The position numbers and the translations under genes were made by a program. This document shows, in pieces, positions 20,950 to 30,665 of a stretch of DNA of 44,361 nt. A model generated the notes under the pieces. That model made no database searches and was not told the origin of the DNA. It saw only the letters and a program-made list of their open reading frames with translations. The stretch is from Alphaproteobacteria bacterium (GTDB lineage: Bacteria; Pseudomonadota; Alphaproteobacteria; CAAHEQ01; UBA3637): the NCBI GenBank assembly GCA_051885475.1, contig JBJEXE010000025.1, positions 1-44,361 of the forward strand. Direction: 5' to 3'. Each line of letters opens with the position of its first letter. The stretch's first letter is position 1.

Positions 20950-21605
20950 AGCGTATGTTTTGTTCCCATAACTTTTAATTTATCCGCCGCATCTTCAGTC
21001 ATATCCGAAATTTTTTCCAAGCTGTAAATAAATTCTTTCAGTTGCAACTGACGTGCTAAATTGAGGCGTTTATCCTTGAATGTCAAGGCTTTTAAATCTA
21101 TCGCCTGCATATCCACTTGATGTTCCAGTGCATACGTGATTTGAATTTCATCATCCACATTGGCCCCCGAAAAAAAAGTCTTGACACCACCGATAAAGGC
21201 GCCCACACAATCCAATGAAGTAGCCATCATTTGAAGCAACGGACGGTGGAGTTTTTTAGGAATATCAGGTTTTTCCAGCGACCACAAAATCATATCTGTT
21301 TCGTATTTATTGATAATTTTATCGCAGGCTTCCAACAAATCAATCAAGTCCGAACGCATATCAGGCAACAACATATGGTGGTATAAATCCAATTCCATTT
21401 GGCGACGCAAGGCATCATTTTCGCCTTCCAAGGAACTGACCTGAGCCTGCAAAATTTTGAATTGTTTATCTACCCCTTTGGCCAAATAAGTTTCCAGCCC
21501 TTGTTTGACAAGGTATCCCGCCTGAAGAATATTCATTAAAAACAGGGTGATTTGTTCTTCCAATTGACGCGTTCTTTTGAATAAAATAAAACGTTTATTT
21601 TCCAT
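20946..21605 (-). CDS. DUF47 (PhoU-like, YkaA-type) phosphate transport regulator
   Basis: All-helical protein of about 219 aa, ATGA-coupled to the PiT gene as in the known DUF47-PiT pairs. Start chosen at [11 protein letters not shown] (ATG 21605..21603). Confidence 0.72.
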   Translation of the reverse strand: MENKRFILFKRTRQLEEQITLFLMNILQAGYLVKQGLETYLAKGVDKQFKILQAQVSSLEGENDALRRQMELDLYHHMLLPDMRSDLIDLLEACDKIINKYETDMILWSLEKPDIPKKLHRPLLQMMATSLDCVGAFIGGVKTFFSGANVDDEIQITYALEHQVDMQAIDLKALTFKDKRLNLARQLQLKEFIYSLEKISDMTEDAADKLKVMGTKHTL

Positions 21606-22711
21606 TCTTGCCCTCCTTTGCAAGTTCCGCCAAAGCTGCCCGCATGAAGTCATCCAAATCACCGTCTAAGACTCCCCCGGTATCCGAGGTTTCATAACCG
21701 GTACGCAAATCTTTGACCATCTGATAAGGCTGTAAAACATAAGAGCGAATTTGATTACCCCAACCGTTATCGCCTTTTTGCGTATCCACCGCGCCTTGTT
21801 CGGCTTGACGTTTTTTTAATTCCAGCTCATACAAACGGGCACGCAGCATATTCCAAGCCTGCTCCCGATTTTGAAATTGGCTGCGTTGCGTTTGGCAAGC
21901 CACCACAATTCCCGTCGGTTGGTGTGTAATACGAACAGCGCTTTCGGTTTTGTTCACGTGCTGGCCGCCGGCCCCAGAAGAGCGATAAACATCAATGCGG
22001 CAATCAGCCGGATTGATGTCCACTTCAATGGAATCATCCACCACCGGATAAACCCAAACAGATGAAAAGCTGGTATGACGTCGCGCATTGGAATCAAAGG
22101 GCGAAATACGCACTAAGCGATGAACACCCGATTCAAATTTAAGCCACCCATAAGCATTCAAGCCCGAAATTTTAAGAGTAGCAGATTTTATACCAGCTTC
22201 TTCCCCGGCAGATTCTTCCAAAACTTCCACTTTATAACCCGATTTTTCCGCCCAGCGCAGGTACATTCTTTCCAACATTGAGGCCCAATCTTGCGATTCT
22301 GTTCCCCCTGCCCCTGAATGAATTTCCAAAAAGGCATCGTTTTTATCACCTTCCCCTGAAAGCAGGCTTTCCAGTTCCACTTTTTCCAGTTCGGGTTCCA
22401 TTTGGATAAATTGATTTTCGGCTTCGGCCAATAATTCGGATTCCCCTTCTTTTTCGGCCATTTCAATCATTTCATAGGTATCGTTTATTTGCTTTTCCAA
22501 AGATTTGACCCGCTCAATTGCATTATTAAGAGCGGTGCGTTCCGAAAGGAGTTTTTGGGCGCGCTCGGGATTTTCCCATAGATTGGCATCTTGGGTCAGG
22601 GTTTCTAATTCAGCCGAACGGGCAAGGGCTTTATCCCAGTCAAAGACGCCCCCTTATCAAGGTCAAGATGCCTTGATATTTTTCATGCAGTGAAATAATT
22701 TCTGAATGCAT
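21595..22711 (-). CDS. prfB: Peptide chain release factor 2, expressed through a programmed +1 frameshift
   Basis: Frame 0 (22711..22643) encodes [23 protein letters not shown] and then hits TGA. Shifting +1 at CTT TGA C continues [29 protein letters not shown]... into the 301-aa ORF, which carries SPF and [16 protein letters not shown]. Confidence 0.92.
22639..22654 (-). promoter_or_regulatory. RF2 autoregulatory +1 frameshift site with internal SD
   Basis: The minus strand reads AGG GGG CGT CTT TGA C. This is an SD-like AGGGGG 3 nt before the CTT slippery codon plus an in-frame UGA followed by C, the same architecture as the E. coli site. Confidence 0.88.
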
Positions 22712-22722
22712 TGTATTCTCCT

Positions 22723-25110
22723 TCAATATAAACCACCCATATCGGGAATATCTTCTTCTTCGGTGGAAATAGAAATGTCTTTTCCAACGATTTTTGTTTC
22801 TTGGGTCAAATCCGTTTCCGGACGGAAAGCTTCCATAATCACGTTCTTATCCCCGGCTTTGGCAGGCTTTCCCGTCAAAGCATTCACACGCACCAGCCTG
22901 ACCGAATCCGGCACACGGAAAGGCATATCAGGGGTATCCTTCAAAGCCTCTTTCATAAAATCGCGAAAGATAGGTGCCGATACCACCCCACCCGTATCAT
23001 TGGGCCCCAGCGTTTGCGGCGCATCAAAGCCCACCCAAACACCAGCCACTAAATCAGGTGAAAAGCCAACAAACCAAGCATCAAAGCTGTCATTACTGGT
23101 CCCTGATTTAGCCCCCAAAGTTTTACCGACGGAGCGAGCCGAACGACCGGTTCCACGTTCCACAACACCATTTAAGATATTCACCATTTGATAAGCACTA
23201 GCCGGGTCCTGAATTTGTTCCCGTTCATCCGGAATTTCAGGCTTTAAATCGGGGGTTGCCTGTTCCCCAGAACAATTCGGGCAATCACGTGTATCTTGTT
23301 TATAAAGAGTTTTGCCGGTTCTATCCTGAATCCGGTCAATCAAGGTCGGTGTGATGCGTTTTCCCCCATTGACCAGCATCCCATAGGCTGTTATCAGCTT
23401 CATTAAAGTTGTTTCACCGGCCCCCAAGGCAGTGGCCAAATTCGGCTCTAATTTATCGGAAATACCAAATTTTTTGCCATAGTCCAAAATCTTACGCATT
23501 CCGATTGCTTGCGCCAAACGCACGGTCATCAGGTTGCGGGATTTTTCAATACCCACCCGCAAAGTGGTTGGCCCGTAAAATTGACGCGAATAGTTTTGCG
23601 GCTTCCATTTGGTGCCATCCACATTTTCCATGACAATAGGCGCATCCAAAATTAAACTGGAAGGCGTATAGCCTGAATCCAAAGCGGCCAAATACACAAA
23701 CGGTTTAAACGAAGACCCCGGTTGACGTTTCGCCTGAATCGCACGGTTGAATTGATTTTTTTCAAAAGCAAAGCCCCCCACCATTGCCAGAACGCGTCCT
23801 GTATGCGGATTCAAGGCAACCAGTGCCCCTTCCGCAGCCGGCATTTGTTCCAAAGCATAATAATCTTTTTTGGGGGAAACCAAAATAATATCCCCCACAG
23901 ATAAGACATCAGCCGGTTTGGTGGGCGTTGTCCCCGAAATCCGCCCGTTTTCCAAAGCCTTTTTGGCCCAAGTCATTTCAGATAAAGGAAGGCTTCCCTT
24001 TGTTCCATCGGTGAAAAGAAGGTCTGCTTTTTCGCTGCTTAAATTTTGCACCAAAGCATAACGCCAATCTTTGGGGGTATATTGAGAAGCATAAGATTTC
24101 AAGACCTCAATCGGGTCTTGATTTTCGCCCACCTGTGCCACAGGACCACGCCATCCATGACGGCGATCATAGGCAATCAAACCTTTTTGTAAGGCTTTGG
24201 TAGCCGCCACCTGCAACCGAGGATCCACAGAAGTCCGAATGCTTAAGCCCCCCAAATTGACAGAATCTATACCATATTTATCCACAACAAAATGGCGCAC
24301 TTCTTCGGCATAATATTGACCTTCACGCAAAGGTTTAGCAGAAGAGGCATTCATATGAACAGGGGTATCCATGGCTTGTTTGGCCTGATCGGCGGTGATA
24401 TAACCATCTTCAAGCATACGGCCCAAAACCCAATCCCGACGCGCCTTGGCTGCATCTGCATTTTTAATGGGATGATAATTATTGGGAGCCTTAGGCAGCG
24501 CCGCCAAATAAGCCATTTCATCCAAACTCAATTCATCCATTGCTTTATCAAAATAGGCCTTACTGGCACTGGCTACCCCATAGGCCCCCTGCCCCAAATA
24601 AATTTCATTCAGATAAAGTTCCAAAATATGCTCTTTGGTAAAGGCCCGTTCCATCCGGTGCGCCAGCAAGGCTTCTTTAATTTTGCGGGAAAGAGAACGT
24701 TCTGGGGAAAGAAAGAAATTCTTGGCCACTTGTTGCGTAATAGTGGAAGCCCCCACCGCCCGGCGATTCCGACCGATATTTTGAAGGTTGGTCAAAACTG
24801 CCCGCGCAAGGCCCAAAAAATCAATGCCGGCATGCCGATAAAAGTGTTTATCTTCGGCCGCGATAAAAGCCTGTTTTAACAGCAGCGGCATTTTTTCCAC
24901 CGGCACAAACATTCGTTTTTCCGTGGCATATTCAGCCAACAATGACCCGTCTTCAGCATAAAGGCGTGTTGTGACAGGAGGTTGGTAGTCTTCCAATTGG
25001 CGATAATCCGGCAACCCCACCGAATAATGCATCAACACGACAAATAACAATAAAGCTGCCGCGATAGAGCCGAAAAAAAACAAACTGACCAATGTGGACA
25101 AAAAACGCAT
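22723..25110 (-). CDS. mrcA: Bifunctional class A penicillin-binding protein (PBP1A)
   Basis: N-terminal TM helix. Glycosyltransferase-51 motifs (EDKHFYRHAGID, GASTITQQ, RKIKE). Transpeptidase motifs SSFKP, SRN and KSGTS. Confidence 0.92.
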   Translation of the reverse strand: MRFLSTLVSLFFFGSIAAALLLFVVLMHYSVGLPDYRQLEDYQPPVTTRLYAEDGSLLAEYATEKRMFVPVEKMPLLLKQAFIAAEDKHFYRHAGIDFLGLARAVLTNLQNIGRNRRAVGASTITQQVAKNFFLSPERSLSRKIKEALLAHRMERAFTKEHILELYLNEIYLGQGAYGVASASKAYFDKAMDELSLDEMAYLAALPKAPNNYHPIKNADAAKARRDWVLGRMLEDGYITADQAKQAMDTPVHMNASSAKPLREGQYYAEEVRHFVVDKYGIDSVNLGGLSIRTSVDPRLQVAATKALQKGLIAYDRRHGWRGPVAQVGENQDPIEVLKSYASQYTPKDWRYALVQNLSSEKADLLFTDGTKGSLPLSEMTWAKKALENGRISGTTPTKPADVLSVGDIILVSPKKDYYALEQMPAAEGALVALNPHTGRVLAMVGGFAFEKNQFNRAIQAKRQPGSSFKPFVYLAALDSGYTPSSLILDAPIVMENVDGTKWKPQNYSRQFYGPTTLRVGIEKSRNLMTVRLAQAIGMRKILDYGKKFGISDKLEPNLATALGAGETTLMKLITAYGMLVNGGKRITPTLIDRIQDRTGKTLYKQDTRDCPNCSGEQATPDLKPEIPDEREQIQDPASAYQMVNILNGVVERGTGRSARSVGKTLGAKSGTSNDSFDAWFVGFSPDLVAGVWVGFDAPQTLGPNDTGGVVSAPIFRDFMKEALKDTPDMPFRVPDSVRLVRVNALTGKPAKAGDKNVIMEAFRPETDLTQETKIVGKDISISTEEEDIPDMGGLY

Positions 25111-25186
25111 TCTTTTTCCCTTTTGTTGATGGGGGATAGTTTAGAAAATTTTTTCAAAAAAGGCAAGTAAGATTTTGAAAAATCAC

Positions 25187-25215
25187 TTGACGCAAGACGA
25201 TGAATCGGGTAGTAT
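25187..25215 (+). promoter_or_regulatory. Putative promoter for the small ORF and murA
   Basis: TTGACG (25187..25192), 17-nt spacer, TAGTAT (25210..25215), 7 nt before ATG 25222. Pattern match only. Confidence 0.35.
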
Positions 25216-25221
25216 TTTCGT

Positions 25222-25377
25222 ATGACTGATAAATTAGAAGAAATTGTAGAAAAAGAATTAAAGCTCTCGGGCAAGAAAAAAGAGGCCTTTTTGCGTGAGG
25301 CACGCGCCCTGCGAGCCAATGTTGAATTGCGCAAAAAACAACAGAAGGAACGTCAAAAATGTATGCATTCAAAATAA
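25222..25377 (+). CDS. Hypothetical 51-aa charged helical micro-protein overlapping the murA start
   Basis: My translation: MTDKLEEIVEKELKLSGKKKEAFLREARALRANVELRKKQQKERQKCMHSK. Below the ORF-track size cutoff. Overlaps murA by 19 nt in another frame. No family recognised. Confidence 0.3.
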   Translation: MTDKLEEIVEKELKLSGKKKEAFLREARALRANVELRKKQQKERQKCMHSK

Positions 25378-26618
25378 AAGGCGGCAAGCAATTGGCCGGT
25401 GAAGTAAGTATCAAAGGGGCCAAAAATGCTCTCCTTCCTTTGATGATTTGCACATTATTGACCGATGAACCGATTGTTTTACACAACTGTTCCTTATTAG
25501 CCGATGTGAAAACTTTGATACAGTTGTTGGAATCATTGGGAAGCCAAATAACAATGGACAGGGATACGATGACTTTAAGGACCCCCAAAATTACCAATAC
25601 GTTAGCTAACTATGATTTTATTTCCAAAATGCGCGCCGGCTTTTGGGTGTTGGGACCGTTGTTGGCGCGAATGGGCAAAGCCACGGTTTCTTTGCCAGGG
25701 GGATGTTCCATCGGTGCACGAGCCTTGGATATTTATTTTTCAGCCTTAACCGAAATGGGGGCTGATATCAAAACGGAAAACGGTTATATTTTAGCCAAAG
25801 GAAAATTGCACGGCGCTGATATTACCTGTTGGCGGGTGACAGTGGGCGGAACCCATAATACGATTATGGCTGCTTGTTTGACCCCCGGAAAAACAGTCAT
25901 TCATAATGCAGCCTTGGAACCTGAAGTCATGGATTTAATTGCAATGTTGACGCAAATGGGGGCCCAATTTGAAGGCGTCGGCACACGCACTTTAACCATC
26001 CATGGCGTGGATAAATTGCACGGCACCGAATTTACCTCTGTGCCCGACCGTATTGAAACAATGACCTTTATTGCAGCGGCGGCAGTCACAAAATCAAAAA
26101 TCTTTTTAAAAAATGCCCGAGCAGATTTATTAAAACCAGAGCTGGATTTATTATCCCCCAGCGCCATTCAAATTGAACAAAAGCAAGACGGGATAGAGGT
26201 AGATGCCAGAAATGCCCATTTAAAAAGCACGTCCATTATCACAGGACCGTATCCCGAATTTGCAACAGATAATCAATCTTTATTTTGTGCTCTGTTGGCT
26301 GTGGCGGATGGCGAAAGTGTGGTCTATGAAAAAATGCACGATAACCGCTTTATGCACGTGCCGGAACTGAACAGAATGGGGGCCAATATTCGCCCATTAG
26401 ATAACACGCACGTGGTCATTCAAGGGGTCAAAGAACTGTCAGGATCCACCGTTATGGCTTCGGATTTAAGAGGCGGAGCGGCCTTGGTAATAGCGGCCTT
26501 GGCGGCCAAAGGCGAAACCTTGCTGCAACGCGTCTACCACATTGACCGCGGATATCGCCGAATTGAAGAAAAATTGCAGGGTTTGGGTGCCGATATTGAA
26601 CGTGTGTGGTTAGATTGA
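25359..26618 (+). CDS. murA: UDP-N-acetylglucosamine 1-carboxyvinyltransferase
   Basis: KGAKNA N-terminal block. Active-site loop LPGGCSIGARALD retains the Cys. C-terminal HIDRGYRRIEEKL. Confidence 0.93.
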   Translation: MYAFKIKGGKQLAGEVSIKGAKNALLPLMICTLLTDEPIVLHNCSLLADVKTLIQLLESLGSQITMDRDTMTLRTPKITNTLANYDFISKMRAGFWVLGPLLARMGKATVSLPGGCSIGARALDIYFSALTEMGADIKTENGYILAKGKLHGADITCWRVTVGGTHNTIMAACLTPGKTVIHNAALEPEVMDLIAMLTQMGAQFEGVGTRTLTIHGVDKLHGTEFTSVPDRIETMTFIAAAAVTKSKIFLKNARADLLKPELDLLSPSAIQIEQKQDGIEVDARNAHLKSTSIITGPYPEFATDNQSLFCALLAVADGESVVYEKMHDNRFMHVPELNRMGANIRPLDNTHVVIQGVKELSGSTVMASDLRGGAALVIAALAAKGETLLQRVYHIDRGYRRIEEKLQGLGADIERVWLD

Positions 26619-27752
26619 CCGAACAACCAACGCCTTTTTCACTGGATCATAGCAAAAAGCCAATTTACCGGCCATTAAGTCCTGAACTCTTTTCCCGTAA
26701 ATTTGATAACGCCACCCCTTCATAAAACGAACTTCCTGAGGGTGGTAAAGATATTGAACCAAATCTTCGGTGGAAGCAATTAAAGAGGGCGCCACCTGAT
26801 TTTCTTCAGCAACCACATTTAAAAGAAGACGCAGAGCTTCCACACGATTCTTCTTATTCGGGCGCAAAACGTAATGTTTTGAAGCGGGCCATTCTTGGGG
26901 CGGCTCTGAAGCAACCTCTAAACAAAATTGGCTCAAGGATTGGCCGATTTCATTTTTCCAAAATTTGGGGGAAAGCGCTCTGAGCCTTTGGAAATCTTCC
27001 GGTCGTTGCGGACGAATCGCCGCGCATTCAATCAAGCTGTTATCCGAAATAATGTAAGAACGCGGTAAATTCAGTTGTTTAGCCCACTTTTCCCGCCACT
27101 CACACAACCGGGCAAGTAGGTGAATTTTAGAGGGATTTTGAAAAGGAACGTGCATTTTTTCCAACAAATGCGCTGCATCAGGTTCATAAAGAAACGGATC
27201 CAGCGAGGCTTCAATTTCTTCTTGAATCCAATCCAAGCGATTGGCACGACAAATTTCATCCATCATTTTGGTGTAAATGGCCTTTAATTCAATCACATCG
27301 TGCAGAGCATATTTTTCCTGTTCCGGTGTCAAAGGACGATGCGACCAATCCGTAACACGCATTCCCTTATCCAATTCCACCCCCAAATAATCTTTGACCA
27401 AATGTTGATAGCCCACATCTTTGGAATAACCACACACCATCGCCCCCACCTGCGTATCAAAAACGGGAGTCGGCATTTCGTGCATTAAATGATAAAAAAT
27501 TTCTATATCCTGACGACAAGCGTGGAAAACCTTAATCACATTTTTATCCCGCAAAACGTCAAACAAAGCAGATAAATCAATATCCTGGGCCAACGCATCA
27601 ATCACCCATGCCCCTTTATCCCCCCCGATTTGAATCAGGCACAGTTCAGGGTAAAAGGTCTTTTCACGGATAAATTCCGTATCTACCGTGATAAATTTCA
27701 GCTTATGTAAACGAGCGCACAGGCTTTGCAATTCTTTTGTCGTTTGTATCAT
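26610..27752 (-). CDS. rnd: Ribonuclease D
   Basis: DEDD exonuclease motifs (VDTEF, HACRQDIE, YALHDV) followed by an HRDC-like region. Start chosen at MIQTTKELQ (ATG 27752..27750). Confidence 0.88.
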   Translation of the reverse strand: MIQTTKELQSLCARLHKLKFITVDTEFIREKTFYPELCLIQIGGDKGAWVIDALAQDIDLSALFDVLRDKNVIKVFHACRQDIEIFYHLMHEMPTPVFDTQVGAMVCGYSKDVGYQHLVKDYLGVELDKGMRVTDWSHRPLTPEQEKYALHDVIELKAIYTKMMDEICRANRLDWIQEEIEASLDPFLYEPDAAHLLEKMHVPFQNPSKIHLLARLCEWREKWAKQLNLPRSYIISDNSLIECAAIRPQRPEDFQRLRALSPKFWKNEIGQSLSQFCLEVASEPPQEWPASKHYVLRPNKKNRVEALRLLLNVVAEENQVAPSLIASTEDLVQYLYHPQEVRFMKGWRYQIYGKRVQDLMAGKLAFCYDPVKKALVVRSI

Positions 27753-27812
27753 AAGAAAAAGTATACACTTTTTTTGCTTGCGATGCAACGAAAAATTTGC
27801 TATAATAAAGGC

Positions 27813-28595
27813 ATGGATTCATTATGGAATAAAGCATCTTTGCAAATTTATAAAGCATTGAACGGGCAAGTCCGTTTAGTGGGGGGATGTATTCGCGATT
27901 ATTTGTTGCGCAAACCCATGCACGACCGTGATATGGCGACCCCTTTGACACCAGATCAGGTGGAAGAAGCCCTGACCAAAGCAGGAATTGATTTTATTTC
28001 CATCGGAAAAAAATACGGCACCATTACGGCCCTTATTCAAGAAGAGCCCTATGAAATCACAACGCTACGTAAAGAAGAAAAGCACAACGGGCGTTATGCC
28101 GAAATGACATGGACGACTTCGTATAAGACAGATGCTTTACGTCGGGACTTTACCATCAATGCCCTGTCAGCAGATGTAAAAAATAAAATTTTTGATTATA
28201 CAACGGGGCGCAGTGATTTGGCGCAAGGATTGGTGCGTTTTATTGGCGACCCGGATAAACGCATTCAGGAAGATTATTTGCGCATTTTACGGTATTTTCG
28301 TTTTTGGTCGGCCATTTCATCTTTGGATTTGGATACGGCTGTTTTACAGGCCTGTAAGCGCCATAAAAAGGGGCTGGAGATTTTATCCAGCGAACGGTTG
28401 CAAGAAGAATTATTTCGCCTGGCCTGCACGCCCAGAGCCGAAGAAGCCTTTGTCGCAATGAAAAAGGCAGATTTACTGACACCCAAAATGTTAGGCCTTG
28501 ACTTTTCCAAAAAACAAAGGCAAAAATTAAACCAACTGAAAAAAGAATCTTTGTTGAAAAAAATCGGCTTCACAGCCTTTAAGGGGGAAAAATGA
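27813..28595 (+). CDS. Short class II tRNA nucleotidyltransferase / poly(A) polymerase family protein (CCA-adding-like)
   Basis: GGCIRDYLL, DRDMAT, RRDFTINA and EDYLRILRYFRF motifs. Only about 260 aa from the MDSLWNK start, so the usual C-terminal body/tail region is largely missing. Confidence 0.75.
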   Translation: MDSLWNKASLQIYKALNGQVRLVGGCIRDYLLRKPMHDRDMATPLTPDQVEEALTKAGIDFISIGKKYGTITALIQEEPYEITTLRKEEKHNGRYAEMTWTTSYKTDALRRDFTINALSADVKNKIFDYTTGRSDLAQGLVRFIGDPDKRIQEDYLRILRYFRFWSAISSLDLDTAVLQACKRHKKGLEILSSERLQEELFRLACTPRAEEAFVAMKKADLLTPKMLGLDFSKKQRQKLNQLKKESLLKKIGFTAFKGEK

Positions 28596-29137
28596 AAAAA
28601 AATTTCAATGAACACAGAGTTTCTTATACCAATCAAAATGAATCCGGGCGCACCATGTTGGAAATGTTGGGCGTGTTGGCCATTATGGGCATTATTACCT
28701 ATGGTGCCATTGCCGGCATCAATTATGGGATGAGCTCATATAAAATCAACCAAACCTACGCCGAAGTTCAAGATATTATTCAAGGGATTGAAGACCTGTA
28801 TTCTTGGAGTAAAGGATACCCCACAAGGGATGATTTGATGACAGCAGCCTGTGCGAATGCTATTTTTACAAACAGCGATTCATGCTCAACTGGAGAAAAT
28901 AGAACAGTCAGAGGAGCATTCGGCGACATGTGGGTTGAAGGAGCTGAGTGCCAGGGGGGAGGAAGAAACTCGTGTGCCAACTTTACAATCCACATTCCCA
29001 TTACGGATTCAAACGATTGCACGCGCTTGGCACAAATGGATTGGAAAGCCAACAGCATTGAATGCGTGAAGTGCGATGGCGAGCGGTGCGAATGTAATGA
29101 CAGGGTCCAAACAGATCTTTGTTTCAGTCCAATGTAA
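28592..29137 (+). CDS. Type IV pilin-like protein with atypical prepilin signal and Cys-rich C-terminal domain
   Basis: MKKNFNEHRVSYTNQNESG|RTMLEMLGVLAIMGIITYGAIAGI has Gly at -1, Glu at +5 and a ~20-aa hydrophobic helix. The C-terminal half has 12 Cys. ATGA overlap with the cca-like gene. Paralog of the 32509 gene. Confidence 0.7.
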   Translation: MKKNFNEHRVSYTNQNESGRTMLEMLGVLAIMGIITYGAIAGINYGMSSYKINQTYAEVQDIIQGIEDLYSWSKGYPTRDDLMTAACANAIFTNSDSCSTGENRTVRGAFGDMWVEGAECQGGGRNSCANFTIHIPITDSNDCTRLAQMDWKANSIECVKCDGERCECNDRVQTDLCFSPM

Positions 29138-30037
29138 TTATTCGGCCAGTAATTGGCGCGCAAGGGCACGATTAGCTTCTTTAAATTCAGATAAATTCAG
29201 CAAGGCGTACAGTTGTGCCAACTCATAAAGCGGGAGAGCACCTGTATCCATCATAATATCTTCATCGGATTTAAGAAACATCTCGGCCGTGAAACCGGCG
29301 GCTTCTCCGCCGTCATCCAAAAAATCATTGGCCGAATCCATATAAAGCCATTCTTTGCCCGTTTCAATGGCGAGCTGCATACGCTTTTCGGCGTGCCCTA
29401 TAATATACTTTATTAATTCATTCGGCAAAACATTCGGCGACATTCCGGCAATATGCGACGTCGGATTTTTGGGCTTTTCAACAATACGGTTATTCACCAA
29501 AATCGCATTGTTGGACACATCTTCGCGCCATAAGCCCGTCAGTAAAATGCGACGAGGGTTTTTCAAAAAATCGTCCACCAACTTTTTAATATGCGGATTG
29601 GCCGGATCTTTGGATAAGATAATATCATCAGGGAAAATAATCACCACATGCCTGTCCCCTATTTCTTTTTGAGCACAATAAAGAACATGGGCCGTGCCCA
29701 AAGGCTTTTCCTGCAAAACAAATTTTAAATCCACATCCTCGGGTAAAAAGGTGGATTTTAAAGCTTCGGCAATTTCCAGCTTTCCTTTATTACGGAGCTT
29801 TTCTTCCACCCGCATGTCCGTTTCCAAGGCCCGTTTAAAGCTGTCAATCACCTGATGAGAAGAACACACAATCGTGATATGACGTCCCCCCATTGCCACA
29901 ATATCCTTTAAGACATAATCAATCAAACGGATATCGCCAAACGGCAGCAAAGATTTATGTGGCATTCCTTTGGAATGCGGAAAATTACGGGTGGATTCCC
30001 CCCCACAACAAATCACAAATTCAATACCATCATACAT
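29138..30037 (-). CDS. Sugar-1-phosphate nucleotidyltransferase (UTP-glucose-1-phosphate uridylyltransferase-like)
   Basis: N-terminal CCGGESTRNFPHSKGMPHKSLLPF nucleotide-binding loop, EKPLGTAH block and GalU-like length. Its stop codon abuts the pilin-like gene stop (TAATTA). Confidence 0.72.
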   Translation of the reverse strand: MYDGIEFVICCGGESTRNFPHSKGMPHKSLLPFGDIRLIDYVLKDIVAMGGRHITIVCSSHQVIDSFKRALETDMRVEEKLRNKGKLEIAEALKSTFLPEDVDLKFVLQEKPLGTAHVLYCAQKEIGDRHVVIIFPDDIILSKDPANPHIKKLVDDFLKNPRRILLTGLWREDVSNNAILVNNRIVEKPKNPTSHIAGMSPNVLPNELIKYIIGHAEKRMQLAIETGKEWLYMDSANDFLDDGGEAAGFTAEMFLKSDEDIMMDTGALPLYELAQLYALLNLSEFKEANRALARQLLAE

Positions 30038-30038
30038 T

Positions 30039-30665
30039 TTAAACCTCCTTTATTTCAATGCACGAAAGTTGACGTGCGGGATTTTGCGCATCCCGGCGAT
30101 AGCTGTTATATTTAAAATCGGTATACGTATCGTCCCCGACAGAGTCAACCGTCAAAAGGCCTGCACGGTGCAAACGGTGAAGCACATAGGCGTCAAAATC
30201 AAAATGGATTTTCCCCTCTTCTATCCCAAAAAAACGCTCCTCGGTCACAGGGAAAAGCGCCCGCATTTCAGGAGCCACTTCAAAACTTTGGATTTGTAAG
30301 TGAGGCCCAACACCAGCCACCATATTTTGAGGATTCCCCCCCAACTCTATCATTTTCAAAATCGTATTTTCAATGATCCCTTGAAAAGCCCCTTTCCAAC
30401 CGGCATGAATGGCTGCGATCAAATGCGCCTGGGTATCCGCAATCAAAATCGGTGCGCAATCTGCTGTCTTAACGGCCAACCTTAACCCCGGCTGATCGGT
30501 TATCAAGGCATCCACCGAAGGATTTTCAGACGGATTTTGCGTGATATAGAGGCAATCCGCCGAATGGACTTGATTCATTTTGATGGCCTGCACACCAACA
30601 GATTCGGCCGCATCATAAAAACAGGCTTGACACCAATTTAAATTCAAACAAGGAACACTTTTCAT
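30039..30665 (-). CDS. pgeF: YfiH/PgeF (DUF152) family purine nucleoside phosphorylase / peptidoglycan editing factor
   Basis: QVHSADC...DALITDQPGLRLAVKTADCAPILI...AAIHAGWKG motifs. The N-terminus is shorter than usual. Confidence 0.8.
   Translation of the reverse strand: MKSVPCLNLNWCQACFYDAAESVGVQAIKMNQVHSADCLYITQNPSENPSVDALITDQPGLRLAVKTADCAPILIADTQAHLIAAIHAGWKGAFQGIIENTILKMIELGGNPQNMVAGVGPHLQIQSFEVAPEMRALFPVTEERFFGIEEGKIHFDFDAYVLHRLHRAGLLTVDSVGDDTYTDFKYNSYRRDAQNPARQLSCIEIKEV

Noticed and set aside
22706-23191. 161-aa plus-strand ORF
   Set aside because: It is antisense to the mrcA C-terminus and overlaps the prfB start. No support beyond length.
24292-24879. 195-aa plus-strand ORF (similar cases at 35228..35830, 36227..36727, 42425..43000 and 18053..18493)
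   Set aside because: All are antisense shadows within long, motif-supported genes (mrcA, mfd, lpxB, AsmA-like).
25154-25597. 147-aa minus-strand ORF spanning the mrcA-murA intergenic region and the murA 5' end
   Set aside because: It overlaps the well-supported murA N-terminus and the promoter-like region. There is no SD and the sequence is low complexity.
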